From Octopus sinensis (lineage: Eukaryota), in assembly GCF_006345805.1 (NCBI RefSeq), contig NC_043005.1, positions 103,292,001 to 103,356,000 of the forward strand: a stretch of DNA of 64,000 nt, written 5' to 3'. Position numbers and translations under genes: made by a program. Positions 1-12,538 of this stretch are shown piece after piece (position 1 is the stretch's first letter; each line of letters opens with the position of its first letter). Under the pieces are notes generated by a model. That model made no database searches. It was not told where the DNA came from and was given only the letters and a program-made list of their open reading frames with translations.

Positions 1-199
1 TTGATACATGGGTATGAGTGTTTGTGTGGATATGTGAGCATCAGTACAGTCATTGATCAGGTTTTTGTGTGTTCACAGAGCAGCTGTATTATGTGTATAT
101 GTCCACATAAAGAGTACACGTAATAGTCCATATTGTATGCGTAGGTTAGTCCCAGCAACCATCTGTGCAATATGGAGTTCGTAATATTAATTGATATAA

Positions 200-393
200 G
201 GTGGCGAACTGGCAGAATTGTTAGCACGCCGGGCAAAATGCTTAGCGGCATTTCGTCCATCTTTATTTTCTGAGTTCAAATACTGTCGAAATCGAATTTG
301 CTTTTCATCCTTTCGAAATCGACAAAATAAGAACTCGGGTGGTGTAATCGATTTCGCCGCTTAACAAAATTGTTCTCCTTGCGCCAAAATTTC
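200..393 (+). mobile_element. tRNA-derived SINE family A, diverged copy with the alternative tail
   Basis: Head ggtggcgaactggcagaa...gttagcacgccggg, B-box-like gagttcaaat, core gcttttcatcctttcg and tail cttgcgccaaaatt; homologous to many other copies in the window. Confidence 0.8.
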
Positions 394-408
394 AGTTCAA
401 TATTAACT

Positions 409-411
<3 letters not shown>

Positions 412-461
<50 letters not shown>
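412..461. repeat. (TG)n microsatellite
   Basis: Perfect dinucleotide run. Confidence 0.95.
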
Positions 462-462
<1 letters not shown>

Positions 463-1896
463 GATGTGAAAGCATTCGCTTTTTGCGTATATTGTACACA
501 TGAGTTTAAGTGGTGATTTCATGCTAAATTGGGTGTGCCCTCCAGAGAGTTCTGTGCATACGTGGCTACCACGGTGTATATGTTTGTTTGTATGTATCTT
601 TGGGTGTGAATGCAAGGCTTGCTGACTGTATTTGCGTGTGTGTGTGTATTTTTGCGTGTTTGTGTGTGTGTGTGTGTAGTGGTGTATGTGTGCAGATCTT
701 TCGGTTTGGTTTTGTCGAGTGATTGCGCCTGTTATTACAGATTTGTGAAAAACATACTGTATGGTATAGCCAAATTGATTGATGCGGGTAGTTGAGTTTA
801 TGTCCAATACATCTGGTGGGCTTTGCATGTGTGCGGGTAATGTGGAATGCAGTCTGTTCATGTGCCAAAAGTATCCACGCGTTCGGTGGTTTACGACTAA
901 AGCATGTAGTAATGGGCACGCTAAGATTTCATTGTGCGTATATGCAATAAGTATGTGGATGAGATAAATACATCTTATCCATCTGGGTTGTGTTGCGTTG
1001 GAAATGGAGATAGATCCTGAGGGTCTTGATTCAGCATGTGGTGAAGATTTCGGAATAATTCTGCTTAAAGTAACAGTTCAACCAGCTAAAATAAGCACTA
1101 TTTTCAAACCAGAACACACTATTTTCAAACCAGAACAAAACAAGATAAACCAAAAAAAAGCACACACAATGATGTAGTCGTAGACACGAAACAGAAAAGT
1201 TGGCCCCGAGACACGAAATGCCTTGTATGGTTTATTTTTCCTTTGGTTTTCAATGTGGCTCTCTTCTCTATTCTTATTTCCTAAAATACGTTATCATATC
1301 CCATATAAAGAGAGATAAAACAACAGTTTATATGGTAAGTTTGTGCATTATTTGAATATCTGTTGGAACGCTATTCAGCGACGATATGTAAATGACAAAA
1401 CTATTCGTATCTCTAGTTAGATACGTGCTTCGGTGTAACAGGTATTATTATCCGCAGCATGGTGCTGGGGACGCAAAGATTCTGTACAATCAACTCAGAA
1501 TCATTGCATCTCCGAAGCATATACACATACATTCACATAAATATACACATATATTCACATACGTATACAATCACATGCTCACTCGTACACAGCCACGCTC
1601 TCACGAACACATCTATAAAGACACAAGCACACGCACTCACACACATACATACCTACAGATTAATAAAAAAGTAAGCAGAACATATAGGCTAATGGTAATG
1701 CAGAAAACTAAACCTGACATTATGTATCCAACAGTCGAAAACCTTTGGAAACTTATCTCGGTAAGAATAGAATAATTAAGAGTATACATAAGCGAATACT
1801 CTGTGAAAAGGTGTGTTAGTGGTCATTATGAGAAGACAAATGCTATAACTAGATACCATACAGTGTTCGTGTTATTCTACTATATACATTGTGTGT

Positions 1897-2880
<984 letters not shown>

Positions 2881-3324
2881 TGATATTTATTTCTTCTGGA
2901 GGTCTCAACATATCAATACACTTAGTCATTCAAAGACAAATTTAGAAAAGAAAATAAACAATTTCATCAACACAGTCACTGCCAATAACAGCCAACGCGG
3001 ACAGCAACAAATCGAGATAAGAAAAATCTAGTTAAAAATACAAAAAGCAAAAGCTAAATAAATGACTATTCAAAGACTAAACTAAGCGATCATATCAGAC
3101 TTCCGCTCAAATTCACAAGTTTATCACCGATAGTGTCACTAACTTCAAGACTTTATCTAAAGTCTCTAGCGTAAAAAAACATCTCGCCTCCAGAGGAAAA
3201 TCACAAATTATAATATTGCAAAATAACTGTCTTATTTCTATGGGTGTGTGTGGGAATATGTAAAACATATCCGTGTATGTGCGTATGTGTGCGTGCGTGT
3301 GTGTGTATATAGATACATATATAC

Positions 3325-3369
<45 letters not shown>

Positions 3370-3409
3370 TATATATTATATATATACTTACATATCCATA
3401 AATATATCT

Positions 3410-3483
<74 letters not shown>

Positions 3484-3819
3484 ATGTATGCACAGATATG
3501 TATACGTGTGTGTATTGGTATGTATGTCATTAACTTAATTTATAAGTACGTGAGTTTATCTTCATTTTTTGTTTTTACACTCTATTATCTGTCCGAATAT
3601 ATTAACGTACGTACGAAAATATCTCTTCTTGTGTGTTTGTGTGTGCGTGTGTATTTACAAAGATAAATACAGGAAGGGACAGAAAAAGAGCGTGGGCGAG
3701 AAAGAAAGGAGTCAAGGAGTCACGATAGCAATGGTGAGGAATAGTTATCTAGTGCCCTAACCACGAAGGGGGGAAATGTCGACGATATGCTTTCGAACTC
3801 TAAGAATCCAATGTTATCT

Positions 3820-4244
3820 CTTTTTACTCTTTTTTTACTCTTTTTTACTTCTTTCAGTCATTTGACTGCGGCCATGCTGGAGCACCGCCTTTAGTCGAGC
3901 AACTCGACCCCGGGACTTATTCTTTGTAAGCCCAGTACTTATTCTTTTGGTCTATTTTGCCGAACCGCTAAGTGACGGGGGAAGTAAACACACCAGCATC
4001 GCTGGTCAAGCAATGCTAGGGGGGCAAGCACAGACACACAAGCACACACACATACACATATACATATATATACATATATACGACAGGCTTCTTTCAGTTT
4101 CCGTCTACCAAATCCACTCACAAGGCATTGGTCGGCCCGGGGCTATAGCAGAAGACACTTGCCCAAGATGCCACGCAGTGGGACTGAACCCGGAACCATG
4201 TGGTTGGTTAGCAAGCTACTTACCACACAGCCACTCCTGCGCCT
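3820..4244 (-). mobile_element. tRNA-derived SINE family B with internal (CA/TA)n
   Basis: Minus-strand head aggcgcaggagtggctgtgtggtaag...ggttcagtccc; homologous to 19790-20227 and 55213-55612. Confidence 0.9.
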
Positions 4245-4381
4245 ATCATTGGATTCTGTTTCGATACTTTAAGTTGCTTCGATTAATTCTGTAAATCATG
4301 ACCCAGAGGATTAAGTCATTAAAGCCGTGGATTAAGTCGGTAAAACATGAAAATCTAGATGTGTTATCTTCAGTCTGGTAC

Positions 4382-4614
4382 CTATTTCTTTATTACACAC
4401 AAGGGACTAGTCATAGAGGAGACAAACAAGAACAGACAAACGGATTAAGTCGATTACATCGACCCCAGTGCGTAACTGGTACTTAATTTATCGACCCCCC
4501 AAAGGATGAAAGGCAAAGTCGACCTCGGCGGAATTTGAACTCACAACGTAACGACAGACGAAATACGGCTACGCATTTCGTCCGGCGTGCTAACGATTCT
4601 GCCAGCTCGCCGCC
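4382..4614 (-). mobile_element. SINE family A, full length
   Basis: Head ggcggcgagctggcagaa to tail aaagaaatag; flanked by an imperfect atcttcag(t/c)ctgg duplication. Confidence 0.9.
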
Positions 4615-4695
4615 TCATCTTCAGCCTGGATACAGTTCTGTCATTTGTTTCACCATTGTATTTAGTTAATTAGAACGACAGTAGCGGTGATATTG

Positions 4696-4696
<1 letters not shown>

Positions 4697-4773
<77 letters not shown>
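4697..4773. repeat. (TAG)n microsatellite
   Basis: Perfect trinucleotide run. Confidence 0.95.
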
Positions 4774-5954
4774 ATTTTAGTCGGAATGATGTTGTTATTG
4801 ATAGTTATAAAACTTTGCTGTCGATATAGCTTTTGAATTATACGATGTATCAAATATGTTAAAAACACACTGGAAAAGCAGTCACATGCACACGTACATA
4901 ACTCACTGAGTTACACACATATTATCCTACATTTTATAACCAGGTTTAAGGTAATAATCTGTCGAATAATCCACTTATAAACCTCAAATTTTGTAGTTTT
5001 ACCTCCTCTCAAATACTTGACGAGTTTCCTTAACTACAACGCGGACATTTCAGCTAAATCTTACTGAACTCATGTTCGGCAGCCATAAAACCAAACGAAA
5101 TACAATGGAGAATGTAGTAATTTATACACAAAATATAGCCTGCTCAAATGTTGAAGGTCTTCTGTCAAAAATCGTTATAATTGGGATTAATTCGGAACAA
5201 AACAGTCACGTACAGGAGTCTCCCGGTTTAATATCAACATTAACCTTTAGCTACATGTAGCTGCGACCTCTTTATTTTACGTATTTGAGCCAGGTTACTA
5301 GACTAAGAATAATCTCTTAGTACCATACGTGGAATTTTTGTGGAATGTCGAGGGTGTGACATCAGTGAATGAACAACTGAAGACAGCTCCGGCTGCTAAA
5401 TTATTTCTCATATGTCACCAGAGCCGCGAAGAGTTTTATTACTGCTACCCTTTATCCTACCTACCATTTCAGTGCTGGAGAGTTTCATAGGTATTGTCCT
5501 TTCGCCCATTAATCTTGGAGGCTCTGAAGATTTTCGTACTGCCTTCTTCATGAAAGGCTTCCTAAGCTATCTACCAGTCATTGAAGCTTTAAATATTATC
5601 ATGACTACAGCACTTATTCTCATCAACATGAGACCTCTTAAGAATGTCAATCTGCTTTCCTTCATCCCAGGATCTTAAAGGCCCTCAAATCATAGCTACT
5701 TCCCTTCGGCCTTTCAATCCTAGAATCCCTCAAGCGTGTCATAGTTACTTCCCTTTCCCTACTAGTTCATGGTATGCTTGACATGTACCTCGGTTGCTCT
5801 TCTTCTTCCTACCAGTGATGGAAAGCTGAAAAATATCATGACTGCTACCTTTCCTTCACTTAGACACTGAACAATGTTCCTTTGCGTCGGTGGTTTGGAG
5901 TGTGTCTGCCTTGAAACGATGTAAGCGTTGGAAATTTATATATATGCAAAATAT

Positions 5955-6376
5955 TTATTTCTTTATTGATAAATAAGGGGGCTAAGCATGGGGGCGGGGG
6001 CAAACAAGAACAGACAAAGGGATTAAGTCGATTACATCGACCCCAGTGCGTAACTGGTACTTATATAATCGACCCCGAGAGAATGAAAAGCAAAGTCGAC
6101 CTCGGCGGAATTTGAACTCAGAACGTAGCGGCAGACGAAATACCTATTTCTTTACTACCCACAAAGGGCTAAACACAGAGAGGACAAACAAGGACAGGCA
6201 AACGAATTAAGTCGATTATATCGATCCCAGTGAGTAACTGGTACTTTTTTTACTCGACCCCGAAAGGATGAAAGGCAAAGTCGACCTCGGCGGAATTTGA
6301 ACGAAGAACGTAACGACGGACGGAATACCGCGTAGCACTTCACCCAGCGCGCTAACGATTCAGCCAGCTCGCCGCG
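5955..6376 (-). mobile_element. SINE family A head-to-tail dimer
   Basis: A full unit is followed by a 5'-truncated unit; tatatatgcaa at 5939-5949 recurs at 6378-6388 and brackets both. Confidence 0.85.
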
Positions 6377-6861
6377 TTATATATGCAATGTATTGTCTAA
6401 GAAATTAAGCAATGAAAAGCAGAGAAAATCTAAATCTAAGAATACAAAGGCAGTCAAGTCTTCCTCAGATAACATTTAACTCTTACAAAAAAGGAAGACA
6501 GAAAGGAGAACGCCGAATAAAACATTAAAAAAATGTTGGGATAATCGCAAGACAGGAACATCGACCGCTTCGGAATTATGTTGTTTCTTCTCTTGTTTTC
6601 CATCGGTATGTTGCCTTTTTCAATACTCCTTAGCAGCAAATTTGAAATAATATTAGTAATCCGTTTACATACTTTACTTTTATAGGGCAGATTCTTTGGA
6701 GAGTTGGCAGATATCTAGCGCAACTGGCAGCAGAACGGGAGAATTCCCAGTTCTGTGAGTTCAAGAGCGATAGCGCTGTTGAAAAGGTTCTCCCTGCCAA
6801 CCGAAAATGGGGTCAAATTGACAAAATGCTATCAATGTTCTTTCCTGAGTGATAGGCTCCT

Positions 6862-7080
6862 CTGGCCGGTTTCCCGGATACTGCGACGTATGTAAATCCC
6901 CACCTGGATGGGATGGCAAACCGTCGCAGGGATTACTCATTGTTGGCAGCTGAGTGGGCTAAAGCACCGTGAAATGAAATACTTCTGCTCAAGATCACAA
7001 TCCATTGCACGGTGCGGGAATCGAAACCTCAATAGTACAGTCATGAGTGCAACCCCTAACTAGTAATTCATGCGCCGCGA
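6862..7080 (-). mobile_element. tRNA-derived SINE family D, diverged
   Basis: Reverse-complement homology to 49978-50225 (gtgaaatgaa...gctcaag, tggatggga, ccggtttccc). Confidence 0.7.
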
Positions 7081-7299
7081 CCGGTTTCTAAATAATGGTG
7101 CAAAAATATGCAGCGTTTGGCACAGACCTGTCTATGATACCCTCTAACTCATGTTATGGATCCTAGAAAATATGGTTAAAAAATTTACCATTAAACTTGG
7201 CCTTTTGAATTTAGATAAATGAAAAGCCTTCATTTAATACTAGGCGGTTGCTCTCACAGCAATCGATCTCGGTCCCGACTTCCGTGGTTGGATTGTGGT

Positions 7300-7640
7300 A
7301 ATATACGGCGACATGTATTTGAGATTAGAGTGAATGGCCACCCATTGTAATTATTCATTAATATGGACTTGGTCCGTAAATGATGTCCCCTCTCCTCTCG
7401 CTTGTATCCGTTGATTCATGAAATACTAATGCGAAAGCTAGAGACCTTGAAGTGCATTCCGCTCGAACTAGAACGAGGAAAAACTGTGTCAGCATCCACG
7501 GACAACGTCTCAGTCGTGGTATCGGATAGTAGCCAATGGAAGTGATCAGCACTGCTCAAAAGAAATCGCGGTCGTTGAAAGGAGTAGCGATCAACTAAAA
7601 GATGTTAGTGAACCAGCAGATCGGTACCAGGGAGGTGTGT
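7300..7640 (+). pseudogene. Tx1/L1-clade reverse transcriptase remnant
   Basis: Translates to LVRK*CPLSSRLYPLIHEILMRKL...VSASTDNVSVVVSD, matching the RT motifs SVRQGCPLSP and AYADDV; contains in-frame stops. Confidence 0.7.
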
Positions 7641-8680
7641 GACTAATGGCATTCAAGCCTTTAGAATAATTTCTTGTTGAGGTGTGCATCCATCTAGAAC
7701 TACGTGATCTCATGTTATGTGTGTTTTACCATTCTTCTATCAGTACAGTGTTCTTTCGGGCATATTTTGCTGCTATTTCAAGCAAGTTTATTGATCCACA
7801 CAGTGTCCCGCAAAACGGTGCGTCCACCGGTATGAACAGAGCCAGAAATGTTATTCACCCCCAGCAAAAGCATGATACTATAATTTTCTCTGTAACGGAA
7901 CAACATGAATACTACAGCATATTTCTCATGAAAAAATAACAGAAACTAAAATTCATAGGAAAAAGATACAGTGGATTGAATCAATATTACTGGTATTTTA
8001 GTTCTTGACCTTAGTACGCTTATATTGTACCTAAACAGTAGTATTGTAACTAAACAGCACAAAGACTTAAGGTACCGATGTCTATTTCTATATTGGCGCT
8101 TCCCCTTCCCAGTTACCTAAGGGAATTTCCAATCATTATTCTTCATTTAGGGATATCAGTAAACGTAATAGCACAGGGCTGAGTAAATTGGTTTGGTATC
8201 TTAAAGAGAACAATAAGGATTTTAAGTTAGATTGTTTCATCCTGTCCATCTCGTTCCCTTATGACCAGGGCAAAGAATTTTGTAACATATGCAACTCTGA
8301 ACTCTTCCATATTCTCTTCTCTAAGAATCACCTTGTTATCACACTTATAGAGCGATCTTACAAATGTAAGCACGGACAGAAACATACCTTTAGCTCATAT
8401 AAGTGATTTATACCGGTCTGTATAGTTTGAACATTTAGTTCACCTTGCACTTTACTTCAATAGAGAAATCTACTTCCAAGCCTTTGAACATATTTTCAAC
8501 CAATATATCCCTCTTTATTTATTCTCTACGTATTATTTCTTTACCCCTTCTCTTCCTATGGTCTGTCTTTGACGTCAGATCTACAAACGGTTTTTTTTAA
8601 ATACTTAATAGCGATATGTTTAACATTTATGCAGTCATCAAAATTGTTGTAATGTCTTGTTGTTGAGATAGGTTTTCTTT

Positions 8681-8766
8681 CTTTCCTGATGAGAATATTA
8701 CATTATTTAACACCGTTTATTCCTTTGGAATAAAATCAATGTTGTCTTCGAAACATATGTTGAAAG
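8681..8766 (+). ncRNA. Minimal type I hammerhead ribozyme fold
   Basis: Stem I CTTTC/GAAAG, core CTGATGA (8686-8692), stem II closed by GAA/TTC with ACATT/AATGT, then GAA, palindromic stem III ACATATGT and a GUU site at 8761. Confidence 0.75.
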
Positions 8767-8992
8767 TAAAAGAATTTGAATAACACCTGCGTTCAACTCA
8801 ATTTATTTACTTATACTATACAAATTACTGTACATTAACCCGGAGTTTCTACCTTTGAATAGGTCGCTACATCCTTGTTACTTGCGTGAATTTTGCTACC
8901 CTGGTAACTGTTTATTGAATTTTCCGTGTTAACTGTAAACAAAGGATAACTCATCCATCCATTTACACACACACATACGTACACACACAGAT

Positions 8993-9050
<58 letters not shown>

Positions 9051-9244
9051 ATATACACACACCACATATATATGCATATATATATATATATACATACATA
9101 TCTACATATACATATATATAAGTATATATATATATACAAATACATACGTATATATATATATATATATTAACAATTGAGGATAAAATCTTTAAAAGAAATT
9201 ATCAGTAGTTAGCGTGTTGGTATCTATGAATAGTAGTACCCTCA

Positions 9245-9292
<48 letters not shown>

Positions 9293-9837
9293 TATGCTCA
9301 TTCCAATTAAAAATCATTTAGTGTTTTCAGTTTTATTTTTTAATGAACTGAATGGATTTAATAATTCATTGATAGGAATTATTCTAAAGTAATATTCATT
9401 CCTGTAAATGATGGCATCATTACATTGAATGGTTCTTAATTATACAAAAGTTAGAGAATTCATCACCGAGAATGGTGGAAATGAAGCTTCAGGGGAGGGG
9501 CAAAAATTCCATCAGATAAAAAGTAGACAACATTAACAATATATCTATATGTTACATTGAGATTAATACGAGCGCCCATATGTGTATGTGTATGTGCATG
9601 ATGCATACAGTTTGACGTATATGTACGCGTACGTGTGCATTTGCGTGCATGTGTGTGCTTATGTGTATTGGACTGCGGTGCAATTTTCCGTTAACTAAAT
9701 TCCATTTCCACATTATTGGTCAGCCAGATTTAGCAGTAAAATAATCTTGCTTAAAATTACTTGCAATAGAACAGGTTATTTTGATGCAAGATTCTAAGCA
9801 AAATCTAGTAACCATGTGGCTATACAACGAAGAGGAA

Positions 9838-9884
9838 GGTCAACTGGTACTTAATTTATCGACCCCGAAAGGATGAAAGGCAAT
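9838..9884 (-). mobile_element. SINE family A core fragment
   Basis: caactggtacttaatttatcgaccccgaaaggatgaaaggcaa matches the family core. Confidence 0.8.
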
Positions 9885-10799
9885 GGTGGTACAAGTATTG
9901 TGATCACAAAGAAGCAGAAGCAATATTAGTATCGGTAGAAAGTGTAGAGAGATGAAACAGCATAATTGTGGGCCAAAGTTTGCATTATGTTGGTGATCGA
10001 TGGAATAGTCAAATGGATATTTTGAGAGATCGTCAGAATATCGTTCGGTGTAGCAGAAGCATTGCCTCAAACATGTGAGTAGTCTACAAAAAAGACTATC
10101 ACGTGTAATTTGTAGAGAGTTAGAAATCATTGGTGGCTGACGTACTTTTTTGCTTCTGAAGAATAAAATCAGTGTTTGAGACGTTGCCTTTAGTATGTTG
10201 ATGATTTAAATTCAAGCATTTTGTGTGCTCATTATGGAATATATCGATGTCCGTCAACTATTATATGACAACACCGAAAGTATTCGTTCAGCTGATTAGG
10301 CGTTAGGTTAAAGCGAAAACCCATTACACCATTTGTGTAAGCTAAATCTTTTAGGACCTTTAGTGCATACGTAACAACTTCTCTTCTACATCGGATCTAT
10401 TGAGAAACGGTGAAAACAAATTGAAATTGAACCATAACAACTAGGTCAAACTTTCGTCATTTTACCTTCAATCAACTCATGACCATCATAACTGCTTGTC
10501 TGATATACGAAGACAATGTCCAAGGCTTGTCTATATACTTCAGACATCTATGTTTAGGACATTCGACTGTCGTTTGAGATTAGCTTTCTTGTAATTTCTA
10601 GTATGTAGTATGACACATAAAGACTTTCGCATTAGTTCTATCAATACATCTGATTTTTTATACCAAGGATTTGAAATTCACTTCCGATATATGATTCAAA
10701 TTATTTTACGTTTAATGTATTAAATTTATTAAAATATAACATCTCGAATTGACATTATATTTTTAAAACATGTGCTTTTCATTTTTAAAAATGTTTTAT

Positions 10800-10990
10800 T
10801 TGTTTCAGTCATTGGACTACAGCCATGCTAGGGTACGCGTTGAAGGGTTTAATGAAAAAAAAATCAACCACAGTACTTAATATTAAGTCTGATCAGCCCG
10901 TAGATGTAACTGAAGACAGTTACTTAAGTTGCCATGCAGTGGGACTGAACCTGGAACTACGTGGTTACAAGAAGAGCTTCTCAACCACCC
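10800..10990 (-). mobile_element. SINE family B, degenerate and internally deleted
   Basis: tttcagtcattggactacagccatgct and gccatgcagtgggactgaacc blocks are shared with family B. Confidence 0.6.
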
Positions 10991-11582
10991 TGTTATACTT
11001 GCACTGTTCATGTTCCTTATCTCCCATCTGAATCCTAATCCTATAGACACGATCAGATAGTTAATTTCATTCGATGAAAGTTTGTTGTAATGCGAATGAA
11101 TTTAAGCAGCTATTTCTAGGAAACTGAGAGTACACTTAGAGCCATTCCCATTGTTCTCGCAGACACAAAATAAAAATATAACATCGTTAAAAATGTAATT
11201 CATATTCATGAAATTATCAAATAATTTAATAAATATATTTTATTTCTATCTCGTAATGTATTTCGTTTCCTTTTAAGACTGTTTAGCTCTTTAGTGTGTG
11301 AACTTCAATGCAGACATCAAATGTTTTTAATGGTTCACTGACATAAGTATGGGTGTGACTACATTGTAAAACATAAGCCGGTTCTCCAAAATTTTTTATA
11401 ATGTGTGATGATATAGATTCTAGATGAAATTACACCTGAATGTATGAATTCGTCTCAAAGGAATATAAATTAAGATGTAACAGTTATTAAAATTCCTATT
11501 TTATTCCCTTCATAAAAACACCTCCTAAAAGACATTAAGTTCAATACTTTTGAAAGTTTCAACTGGATTTTACCATATCAAC

Positions 11583-11774
11583 TTCAAATTTCGGCACAAA
11601 GCCAGCAATTTCGGGGATCACATCGCCCCCAATGCTCAACTGGTACTTATTTTATTAACCCCAAAAAGGTGAAAGGCAAAGTCGACTTCGGGAATTTGAA
11701 CTCAGAACGGAAAGATGGACGAAATGCAGTCAAGCTTTTTGTCCGGCAGGCGAGCTGGCAGAATGCCAGTTCGC
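11583..11774 (-). mobile_element. SINE family A, alternative tail, diverged
   Basis: ggcacaaagccagcaatttc tail plus the core and gaatttgaactcagaacg. Confidence 0.75.
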
Positions 11775-11893
11775 AACCATACTGGATTTTAGTATACTAT
11801 TAGTTACTAGAAGTTTTAAATTTGTGCAGAGGAAACAAAGGTCGACATTGGTGAGATGCGAATTCAGTAGTTCTATAGATGAGGTAAATTATT

Positions 11894-12538
11894 CTTTTCT
11901 ACTCTAGGCACAAGGCCCGAAAATTAGGGGGAGTACGCCAGTCGATTAAATAGATTCCAATACGCAACTGGTACTTAAATCATCGGCCTGAAAGGATGAA
12001 AGGCAAAGTCGACCTCGGCCGAATTTGAACTTAGAACGTAAAAACAGACGGAATAATGTTAAGCAATTCGCCCAGCGTGCTAACGTTTCTTAATTCTTTA
12101 TTACCCACAAGGGGCTAAACACAGAGGGGACAAACAAGGACAGACAAAGGGATTAAGTCGATTACATCGATCCTAGTGCGTGACTGGTACTTAATTTATC
12201 GACCCCGAAATGATGAAAGGCAAAGTCGACCTCGGCGGAATTTGAACTCAGAACGTAACAGCAGACGAAATGCCGCTAAGCATTTTGCCCGGTGTGCTAA
12301 CGTTTCTTCTTTCTTTATTGCACATAAGGAGCTAAACACAGAGTGGGCAAATAAGGACAGACAAAGGGATTAAGTCGATTACATCGAGCTTAGTGCGTAA
12401 CTGGTACTTAATTTATCGACCCGGAAAGAATGAAAGGTAAAGTCGACCTCGACGGAATTTGAACTCAGAACGTAGCAGCAGACGCAATACCGCTAAGCAT
12501 TTCACCCGGCGTGCTAAAGTTTCTGCCAGCTCGCCGTC
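11894..12538 (-). mobile_element. SINE family A trimer
   Basis: Three cores in tandem, bracketed by tagatgagg(t/c)aaa(t/a)tatt at 11876-11893 and 12540-12557. Confidence 0.85.

Noticed and set aside
5378-5410. CTGAAGA followed by hairpin CAGC-TCCG-GCTG
   Set aside because: It is followed by CTAAA instead of GAAA, and there is no stem I or stem III.
5412-5678. 88-aa hydrophobic ORF with a signal-peptide look
   Set aside because: No recognisable family or splice context; the strand-biased composition fits a decayed retroelement.
6685-6755. Possible exon between tttacttttatag and gtgagt
   Set aside because: The sequence resembles a degenerate SINE A head (gagttggcaga...tgagttcaa) and gives no recognisable peptide.
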